From Octopus sinensis (Eukaryota), in contig NC_043005.1 in assembly GCF_006345805.1 (NCBI RefSeq), positions 101,990,001-102,054,000 on the forward strand: DNA of 64,000 bases, written 5' to 3'. A model generated the notes under the pieces. It was not told the origin of the DNA, ran no database searches, and was given only the letters and a program-made list of their open reading frames with translations. The translations under genes were made by a program, and so were the position numbers. Positions 52,837 through 64,000 of the stretch are shown piece by piece (the stretch's first letter is position 1; each line of letters opens with the position of its first letter).

Positions 52837-55498
52837 ATGTGTGTGTGTATATATATATATGTGTAGATATATATATATACATGTCTGTGTATATATATAT
52901 ATATATATTATACACAATATATTATTTGCTATTTATTATACATACGCACACAGATACACACACAAAAAGACACACACAATTATATATGTATTCACATAGA
53001 GACAGAGTGGGTAAGGGACAGAAAGCAAAACCGTATTATTCAGTGTTCTGTAAATTTTGCAGACGTATTTGCTGATAAAACCATAGTAACAGCAAAAGTA
53101 GTATACAATACAACTTCTATATTGTCATTCTATACCAGTGTCAACTACTTCCTCTGCGACATCTCCACTCTGCGAAGTTGATGCTGGTCTAATAAATGAA
53201 ACATGAAATAAAGCGCACCTGATGAAGGATGCTACTCGCTGCTTGGCTTGAGTATGGAATCCGTTACTTTACGGTCGTTTTCTCAAAGCCATAACTAGTA
53301 ACTAGAGCGCTCACTGTCACTTGGTGGATTGGAACGTTGATCTTTCATATTTGACTTGTCCTTTATTTATTTTAGTTACATATATGCATGCTGAGGATAA
53401 TGACGAAAGCTAAGATGCATATTTCAGTTCTATGTGGCATTAACAAAATATCTTCTGTTGAAGGCATAACAGGAAATAGAACCGTCTTTACGTAAAGATA
53501 ACTTAACGAAAATGATCTTACATTCGAAAATATTCATTTGATTCTTTATATATTATACTGATAGAGTACATGAAAAAATACACTGCATAGTCATATAAAA
53601 GAGGAAATAGAATTTGTGACATTCGAATCTTCCAAAGGGCAATGGAACAGAGAATGATGTTTAAATAGCTGGCACCGGAAGTTGAATTTAAATCATGTCA
53701 TGCCTTTGACAGAGCTTGGTGGTGTTCAACTAACCTTGCGTGGTTCTTAAAGCAATATATTGATTTCTTTAGACGACCAAAGCAACGAATGTTCTTTGAG
53801 TTAGGAAAGTGAGATAAAGTGATATTTATGCCTGTCCTTCTCAGGATCTTCACATGTCTGAATGAGATTGAAAGAGATATACCCGGAAATTTGAGGTAAC
53901 TTATTCTCTTTTCTAAATTAGCTCTCACGGGATACGTTGTCTTATCTTAAAAGTGCATTAAAATGGTTCACAGTCAAGGGAATGACTTATGAAATAGTAC
54001 AGTACACAAGTGAATTGGTGAATTTTAAATATGTATCATATTAGCGATGTGATTGTTATTTAAGAATATCGTTTTCGTCGATGAGATCTAGGTGTTCTCC
54101 GTATAGAGTATCGTTGAACTTCTCTGCTTTAAGATCTCAAATGTAAGATTTCTTCCCTGAAGACAGACGGTCGTCTCATCCTATGTTAACTGCATCCATA
54201 CGGCCGCATTCTCTGATGGAGTTAATCTACAAACATTATTATGGATCGCCGAGCACCCAGAAAGAGCTGTTGGGTTAGTAATAATTTTCTTCCATCCTTT
54301 TAATTTTCTGTATCATTTGTATTCTGCGTACCATTTTATATGTATACATATCTACATATTTTGCACTTCATGTATTTAACATACTTTATATATTGATGTG
54401 TCTAATTTGCTTATCCCCACATTCGCTTATATATATATATATATATATACACAAAATGGGACAAGATCCCAAAACATCCGGACAGCTAGGTGATACAGAA
54501 ATGGGACAGGGAAACAAAACATCCAGATAGACGATACAAAGAAAAGAAGGACGGGTCATTCGAAGTTTTCTTTCCTCAGTCGAGTACCAGATTATCGTCG
54601 GAATTTCTGCTGATTATACTGGAGATTGCTCCAATCTTCCCAGCCCCAAGGAAAAACTAAGCTAAGAGCATTAGATTCCTTGGAAGAAAGCAGCGAATGA
54701 AAAAAAGGGGACCATGTTACACAAATACAATAAAAATAATAACATGATATAACAACAGGTGTCTTTCGAGTGAGGACGAATTGAATTCAGCTGGTGTGTG
54801 TGGAAATGAAGCCTTACGGCAGGGAAACTAGATTAAACAGGCGCAGGGAGGAATATCGATGTTGCACTGACAAAGGCCGCATACGCACACACATATACAT
54901 AATTTACTGTTCCGCTTAGATCGACAAAACAAGTACTCCATTGTAGACTCTATCACACACACTCGCGCGCACACGCACTCATACATATACACACACGAAC
55001 ATACACACATATATATATAAGTCTGCGTGTACATAATAATGTATGTGTGTATGCATGCATATTATATATATATATGTATATATATATGTGTGTGTGTGTT
55101 TTAGTGAGTATATCGGTGCGTATATGCGTATGTGTGTGTATGTGTATGTGTGTAGGTATAGGTATGGATTTATATGCGCATATAGACATAAATAAATATT
55201 TGCATACCCATACACATGCTCACATTAAGATAGCTCCAGCCTCTCCCACAAAAAAATATAAATAAATAGAAACCTTATTAATATGTAGAAATATAACATA
55301 TAATTGGCAACTTAAATAATATTAACTTAATAACACATGCGTGCACATTTTCTGATGCAACAACAGCAGAAATCACGCAAATACATACATACATGCATAT
55401 ATATATATATATATACGTTTATATATATACGTATGTTTATGTCTGTATATATGTATGCATGTATATGTGTGTATGTATATATGCATGCATGTATATGC

Positions 55499-55530
<32 letters not shown>

Positions 55531-55594
55531 GACATATATACATCTAAATATATATATATGTATGTATGTATATATATATATATAATATATATAG

Positions 55595-55645
<51 letters not shown>

Positions 55646-56862
55646 GTATTTATGTATTTACAAATACGGACGTGTTGGCAACGTTTTCCCCTGTTCAAAT
55701 ATATAGTTTACATCGCTGAAGAAAATATAGAGATTAACAAATTATATCCTAAGACCAAACGCAATAATAAACATAAAGAGATTTTGGAAACGAAAATCAC
55801 ATTATTACAAACATAAATACATAAGGAGAAATACTAACACACACAGACTGACAAAGAGATACCAGAGATACGCATGCACATTACCGCTAATACTCACACA
55901 CGCGAGTATTCACAGCCGCACTGGTATCTCATTTCTCTCTTTATCTATCAGCATCACGCTCAGAAACCGAATTACATACGCATACACACTCATACGCACG
56001 TAGACACATATACAAAATCAAATAAGGCGAAAACAAAGACACAGAAATATAGGGTCATAAACACCTACATGAATCGTAGTGTTTCAAAACAAAGGACAGT
56101 TCTCTCTCTCTGTCTCTGTCTCTCAATCAGTCTGTCTGTCTGTCTGTCTCTCTCCAAAGGTTCCCAGACATCCACATACACACATATATCCTATATCGCC
56201 CTCGGTCTTTCTGTCTTTCTGTCTACTACGATAAGATATAAAAACAGGAACATTGAACGCTAGAATACGTTGAATAGTTAATGCTTCTGTATTTTACAGT
56301 TTCATAATAAATACTTTAGTAAGTCTCTCTAAGTTATTAGCTGGTTGTCTGGAACAATTTTACAGGCGCAACTAAGGTTAATAAGATAAAAGGAAACGGC
56401 TGGTATTGATTTTTCCCAAGAATATGTGTGCGAGTAGGTGTTTTGTTTATACGAGTGTGCGCACGCGCCTGTGAGTGCGAGTGAGAGGGAGTGTGTGCGT
56501 GTAAGCATATGTGTATATATCATGTGTCGAAATTGTAAGCCGTTTTTCTATTTTTTTTTAGCTTCAAACAAGCAATAAAATATAGCGAATTAATACAATG
56601 TTTGATATTTTTTCAAAAATTCTTTGCAATGATATTTGAATATATCTATATGTGGAATATATGTGCAATATAACGAAGGTGTGTACTTATGACATATATA
56701 TATATTATGAATATATGTATATATATATACACACATATTAATGTGTACAAGTACGTGTGTACCTATATAGTTATATATTAGCATATATATCTGCATCATA
56801 ATTGCTTACATATGTACTAGCTTGGAATGTACATTAGAATATAAAAATAAATGTCTGTATGA

Positions 56863-56910
<48 letters not shown>

Positions 56911-56952
56911 TGTGTGTGTATATATATATGTATATATTATATATACATACAG

Positions 56953-57018
<66 letters not shown>

Positions 57019-57381
57019 ATATACATATATACATACATGCATATATTTATGCAGATATATTTGTATGTATGAGTGCACAGAAAAATGCGAAGTGTCCATT
57101 TATATATGATTATATAAATACAAAAATCAATAATATATATATCCTGTCCGTGGAGAATAGTTGTAGAGAATTATATATACATATATATCTTATATATTAA
57201 TAGAAATCAAAATATCAAAGGTTGGTATGATACCATTAAATGTAAGGCAGTATCTTTGAAACTGTTGCAAACTTAAAATGGTTCACCGAACACAGAAACT
57301 TGCTCCACGATATCCAATCAACCTTTGTTACCAGTTTAGCCGACATCTTGTAAAATATATCAAGGAAACGAGGCAGGAAAT

Positions 57382-57443
<62 letters not shown>

Positions 57444-57495
57444 CATATATACGAATATGTGTTTATATGTACACATATATGTGCTTATATATGAA

Positions 57496-57534
<39 letters not shown>

Positions 57535-57626
57535 ATATATATATATATATAATATATATATATATAAATACATATATATATATATATATACATATATATA
57601 TTCATACATACATATACATACATATA

Positions 57627-57722
<96 letters not shown>

Positions 57723-58304
57723 ATGTATGTATTTCCACAGATTGGCTTGATCATTGAAACAAAACATAACATGAAAATGAACTCCATGTGGTGGTAGGAC
57801 AGTGAAGATGTTAATATATTTATTACATACAACTAAACTAATTAAATTTTGTCTTGCCTCTCATCACAAGTTCATTTTCCGTTCAAATTAATAAGCTTTC
57901 CTTTATATATAACACTCCCTAGAGTCCAGTCTTTATATAATCTAAGTTGTAATTGTTGTATACTGAAATCACAAAGTAACTTTTATGGAAAGTCTACATC
58001 CAAATTATAAATATGACCTTTGAAAATATGAAAGATATTACTCACAGATACACATATATAAACATACTTAGGCATCAACACACATGCGCATATATATATA
58101 AATATGTTTAATTATATTTATGTATGTGACTGCGTATATGCCCTCAAGATTTTCCACTTCGGATTATTAGTAGGTAAAACGATGCTGAGTTGATGAGGCC
58201 TAGTGAGGCAGGAACACATATTCGCACCTGTCCATATCTTTCCAGGCAATCATGTTTTCTGTTATTTGTGACTGGTCATTTTCGGTAAACGCTTGATTTT
58301 ACTG

Positions 58305-58512
58305 TACAGTAATGCCTCGACGTTCGCCCGTGTTACGTTCCAAAACCGCATGCAATAAGTAAGAATCCGCGAAGTAGAAACGGTACTCTGTATATCTTTT
58401 ATTATTTCTATAATTTGTATATATTTATTTTATCATAGATGCAGAACAACACCACGGAGGAATCGACCTAAGAGTAAATAATAAACCGCGATATGGCAAC
58501 GGGTTACTCTAT
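58305..58512. mobile_element. pogo/Tigger-type MITE
   Basis: TA-CAGTAATGCCTCG.. left end, GTTACGTTCCAAAACC internal motif, degenerate mirrored right end. Confidence 0.65.
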
Positions 58513-58698
58513 ATATTACTGTGTCCTTTGGAATCGGTTGCAAATTGCACTTGCTATTCTTCTCTGCAAGAGGAGAGAACTGCAATCATTTAAGCACTTA
58601 GATTCTATTGTAATTCTTATTCTTTTACTCGTCTCATCAGATTTCTTTTTCTATACGTATATATCTGTTTGCGTGTGTATGTTCTTATACATATACAC

Positions 58699-58803
<105 letters not shown>

Positions 58804-59065
58804 CCTATGTATATATGTATGTATATATGTATGTATCTATCTATTTATCTACCTATCTACCTATGTATGTATGTATCTATCTATCTATCTGTCTCTCTGT
58901 CTGTCTATCTATCTACCTATCTATCTATCTATCTATATATATATATATCTATCTATCTATCTATCTATTGAACTATCTACCTAGCTGTCAATATTTTCCC
59001 CTCTCTGGCTTTCTCTCACTAGCTATCTGTGTCTGTCTATTTATCTATCTGTCATTATATCTATC

Positions 59066-59102
<37 letters not shown>

Positions 59103-59670
59103 TCACACACACATACATGCATACGCAGGAGATCCCACACGCACTCACACACAGACACACGTGCACGCGTACAATTTACGACGCTCGTCTTGAGATTTGC
59201 CGAAAAGCCATCAACGTTCTAATACCCTTGATTCGATATATACATTTGAAGCTTTAGATCTATTATATAGGTTTTGGTATTACTGATGTCTTCTAGGGGA
59301 TTGAAAGAGATTATATTTGACAGTATACACATCATATTTTAAATAATATCAGACAATAGTAACCTCGCGTTTTTCTATTGTCTGCTCTTCTTATACGATT
59401 CTCTTCTGAAATACGCTTTAAGAATGGTAGCCCTGACACTGAGTGTTATATGATGTGTAGGCGGAACCGCTGGTTAAATCTGCTGAATTTTTCTGATATG
59501 ATATGTTTTGAAAACATATGAATCAATACAGTGATTCTCTCATTTCTTATGTGCCAAGTAAGAGATTGCTGTTTTGCTGAGGAAATCTAATAAGGCTGAA
59601 GCATGTCTGCAATTATCACTCACATTCACTAAAACCTTATTAACATAATACTGCTGAATAATCTAATGTA

Positions 59671-59809
59671 GGCGCAGGAGTGGTCGTGTGGTAAGTATCT
59701 TGCTTACCAACCACATGGATCCGGGTTCAGTCCCACTGCGTGGCACCTCGGGCCGACCAAAGCTTTGTGAGTGGATCTGGTAGACGGAAATTGAAAGAAG
59801 CCCGTCGTA

Positions 59810-59854
<45 letters not shown>

Positions 59855-60063
59855 TTGTGTGTCTGTGTTTGTCTCCCCAACATCGCTTTACAACCGATGC
59901 TGGTGTGTTTACGTCCCAGTAAGTTAGCGGTTCGGCAAAAGAGACTGATAGAATAAGTACTAGGCTTACAAAGAATAAGTCATGGGGTCGATTTGCTCGA
60001 CTAAAGACGGTGCTCCAGCATGGCCGCAGTCAAATCACTGAAACAAGTGAAAGAGTAAAGAGT
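59671..60063 (+). mobile_element. SINE family A (small internal deletion)
   Basis: Same head and tail as 5469-5885. Confidence 0.9.
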
Positions 60064-60359
60064 TATGTTTTAATATTCTCGCCACATAATTAGCTTTACT
60101 TCGCCACAGGATCAACTACGGAAGCTTTAGGCTGAATGATAAATATGATACATACTTGAGACGTATCAACTTCTTGCTTATATCGCATATTAAAGCTTAG
60201 TTGATGTTTCAGATGTTATGTACATTAATTGCCTGTAATAATATTTATGGCACTGGTAAAAGAAACGTTTATCTTCAAATCGAGGAGATCAGCTGATTGA
60301 ATTTTTTCCTTTTGCTTTTCATCTTGCTATTTTTCGCATCACATTCTCTATTGTACATC

Positions 60360-60868
60360 TAGCCGTGGTCAGCCTGTAATGATATGCATAAGATCTGGTC
60401 ATCAAATCTAAGAAGAAATTTCAAACTTAAAATCTTCAAAGCCACAGTCGAACCAATTCTACAACATGGCTCAGAAACCTGGACGTTATCAAAGAAGCTT
60501 GAGAGGCGGTTGGATGGAACTTACACTCGCCTCCATATGAGAGCTCAAAATCTCTCGTGGAAGCGTCATCCAACCAAAACACAAATATATGGGAAATTAC
60601 AACCTGCATCACCTTTTGTGAAAGGTAGAAGAGTCCAGTTTGCTGGACATTGTTGTAAAGCTGAAAACGAGGTAATTTCTACTCTTCTCTGGAAGCTATC
60701 CGCTCGCGATACCAGAGGGCGCACACTCTCCTACCCTGATGTAATCTCCAGGGATACAGGCATCCAGCAACGGGACCTCTGTAATGCTATGATGGACCGT
60801 GAAGTCGGGCGTAACATAGTAAATTCCATTGTCTCGACTTCGGTCGAACAATAATAAAATAATAATAG
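60360..60868 (+). mobile_element. 5'-truncated RTE-clade LINE 3' end
   Basis: KLKIFKATVEPILQHGSETWTLSKKLERRLDGTYTRL..RRVQFAGHC, followed by an (AAT)n-like tail. Confidence 0.88.
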
Positions 60869-61182
60869 CCATGTACACATGCGCTTCAACAGAGACGCTC
60901 AGTGCACGCGCGCGCGCACACACACAGACACACACACATATCGGAAATAGCGGTATTGTTTCGTGTAATTTACGTTCTGAATTTAGTTTCTGTTGAGATC
61001 AGCCCTGCCTTTCATTACAGAGCCTCGACAATGGGCTGTGAAATACTGAAGCCCACGGTATCATCCAAGCCTCTCAACAAAATTATGACTTATGCTGTGC
61101 TTAACATAAACATAAAGAATTTAAATAGATACACAACTCACTAAATTCTTACATGCAATTGGCCCGATACACGATGCTCTGT

Positions 61183-61491
61183 GGAGGCACATGGCCTAGT
61201 GGTTAGAGCAGCGGACTCGCGGTCGAGGGATCGCGGGTTCGAATCTCAGACCGGGTGATGTGTGTGTTTATTAGCGAAGCACCTAAGTTCCACGTAGCTC
61301 CGGCAGAAGGTAATGTCGAAACTTCTGCTGATTCTTTCGCCACAACGTTCTCTCACTCTTTCCTCCTGCATATAGCAGCTCACCTGCGACGGACCGGCAT
61401 CCCGTCTAGGTGGGGAACCTATATGCCAAGGAAACCGGGAAACCGGCTTTTATGAGCCAAGCATGGTTCGAGAAGGAACAAACAAACAACA
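61183..61491 (+). mobile_element. SINE family C, full length
   Basis: 11-bp TSD ACGATGCTCTG at 61171-61181 and 61492-61502. Confidence 0.92.
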
Positions 61492-61826
61492 ACGATGCTC
61501 TGATACGTTACAGCATTATATAGGAGTTTATATTAAGAGTAACAAAACCAAAATCACATTTTCGCTAGAGAAGGGAAATAACCCATGAAGCATAGAACCA
61601 GTGCCGTTCTTGTTGACTTAACAGCGTTTCATATCGTTTTCAGTTGGCATACCTAAGAATTTCAAGTGTATAAGTGAAGATTTGTTAGCATTATGAATAT
61701 TTCATGAATCGATATACACTGTGTTATATATAAAAAGAAACTGTTTAATTTACATATACATCCTCCGATAAATACATATACATACGTAAACACACGCTTT
61801 AAAATTTATACAAAGGCGAAACATCT

Positions 61827-62166
61827 ACAAGAAGAGCACTCCAAGAGCGCAAACAGCCGCCAAGGCAACACCAACGTCCTCTCAACGATTAGCTGGAGAT
61901 GATATTCAAAACGAGAATACATGAAATAAACTTGATTGCTATTAGAAACGGGAATACTCAAATTAAACCCATCCGCTCTCAAGAATCCTTGTCCGGTACC
62001 GAATCGATTCCAAACTTTAATCAGTTCGTGCCAGTCACAAGGTCAAAGATCCTTGAAAGTTTCATCCGAATCCATCCAGTGGTTCTTGAGATATCATGTC
62101 CACGGACAAGCAAACAAACAAACACCACTGGAAACAATGCCTCTGCCTCCGCTAAGGCGGAGTTAA
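61827..62166 (+). mobile_element. Helentron/HINE-like non-autonomous element
   Basis: Subterminal CCGCCAAGG, (AAAC)n tract, 3' stem-loop CTCCGC-TAAG-GCGGAG (62147-62162); partial second copy at 19148-19339. Confidence 0.55.
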
Positions 62167-62239
62167 TAAAAGCGCACACGTAACCTGCATACTCCTCATG
62201 CATTAATGCTTATATAGGCCCTAATGCTTATATATATGT

Positions 62240-62460
62240 ATTTCTTTATTAACCACAAGGGGCTAGACACAGAGGGGACAAACAAGGACAGACAAAGGGA
62301 ATAAGTCGATTACATCGACCCCAGTGCGTAACTGGTACCTAATTTATCGACCCCGAAAGGATGAAAGGCAAAGTCGACCTCGGCGGAATTTGAACTCAGA
62401 ACGTAACGGCAGACGAAATACGGCTACACATTTCGCCCGGCGTGCTAACGTCTCTGCCGA
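62240..62460 (-). mobile_element. SINE family B lacking its first ~12 nt
   Basis: Family match; lies inside a 13-bp TSD CTAATGCTTATAT (62221-62233 and 62546-62558) together with extra sequence. Confidence 0.88.
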
Positions 62461-63186
62461 GACACATACATGTATCCGTACCCAGACGCATTCCTACACT
62501 CATAACACACACACACACACACGCATACACACACACAGAGAGGCACTAATGCTTATATTCGGTTATAAAACGAAATGTTCTGCTCACTCATCAACATAGA
62601 AGACATTGACTATGGAGTGTTTGATAATATCCTGAATTTCTGAGACACGTGATTCACAACATACCACAAAGAGACACGAGTTAGGCAAAAGATTCTTGAT
62701 AACATATTAATACCTCGTTTGTTCCTGTATTCTCTATTTCCACCACACGAGCGCACACAGAGCTGCATACGCACGCACACACACACACTACACACATATA
62801 CAGGCACACAATTGTTTCGTTTGTAATATATCCCCGGAACGGTGTAATATTATTTAAGCTATAAATATTAATTCCGTGCATATAAACGTCTTGAGCCCTT
62901 TTAATAATAGGTGCTAACTTGTGATTATATAACCCCTGAATCGTACGTCCATACGTACCTGCATACAAGCTTACACAGGTACATATATAGATGCATAGAT
63001 ACATACATACTGACATATGTCCGAACACATACATGCATTCATCCATATAAATAGACACACACACACACACGTATATATACAAGCATATACATGTATCCGT
63101 ACCCAGACGCATTCCTACACTAATAATATATGATTATAAATACACGCATACAAAATTTTATGCACATATACATGTATACGCATGTA

Positions 63187-63238
<52 letters not shown>

Positions 63239-64000
63239 TATATATACATGTATGCATATATATTCATATATGTGTGTATGTATATATATATATATATATA
63301 TAATATATATATATATAAACACACATTTTTATACACCTATTTATATATGTAAATATATATTATATATATATATATATGTATATATACATGCATATATATA
63401 CATATATATATATATGCAAAAATAAATCTCTGAACGAGGTATATATATATATATATATATATATATGCATATATTTATCTACACACACTCATACTCATAC
63501 ATACACACATATATAAGGAAACAGATATATTGACAACAAAATGGTTAGTTGTGCAACTATTTTCCTTTGCACTTTAACGAAACCAAATTCATTCGCCTAT
63601 TTATGATGCATCTAATGTCTTATATCGTTCATAGAATCAGGCACTCCCATCACTCACATTCACAACATAAATATGATTCCCCAACTCTAACACCAACATC
63701 ACCACACACACATTATTATGTATACAATTTTCGCTCCGCTTTATCCACTCCTCTGCAATTCAATCTTACCATTCCCAAAACTGTTACACATTTACATTGA
63801 ATGGAGCTCTTGAATTTCTCCATCTTTCTCTCCTTATTTCAATTTGAATGATTCACCAGGTCACATGTACTCTGGTTTCTGCTTCTTGCAAGCCTTGCAG
63901 TTGCATTTACACACGCAAGCGTTACATATATCTATAGATAACCTACGTGTGCATAAGCTCTTACAAATGCACAAACATATACAATCACTAATCTCCTAGT

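Noticed and set aside
61183-61255. tRNA-like sequence with good A and B boxes (also 33550, and the heads of SINE A and B)
   Set aside because: No proper acceptor-stem closure, and it continues into a repeated SINE body with tail and TSD.

Overview
AT-rich, repeat-saturated eukaryotic DNA with one 100-N gap (45137-45236). The three tRNA-derived SINE families and extreme microsatellite density suggest an octopod cephalopod (inference). I recognise no intact protein-coding gene, rRNA, true tRNA or CRISPR array; most ORF-track entries are microsatellite translations or decayed transposon ORFs. The window holds decayed Tc1/mariner elements, a pogo-type MITE, Helitron/Helentron-like non-autonomous elements, at least seven R4/Dong-like LINE pieces all on the minus strand, RTE and Tx1-like LINE fragments, and many SINEs. 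The most notable signal is a set of sequence-unrelated short fold-back elements at (TA)n arrays carrying minimal type I hammerhead-ribozyme motifs (CUGANGA...GAAAC...GUH with pairing stems). The best case is a ~340-bp near-perfect palindrome (19501-19842) with a canonical hammerhead in each arm; several families share a recurrent CCGANGA core variant. These resemble Penelope-like-element terminal repeats or retrozymes. A few splice-site-bounded open frames are reported only as weak exon candidates.
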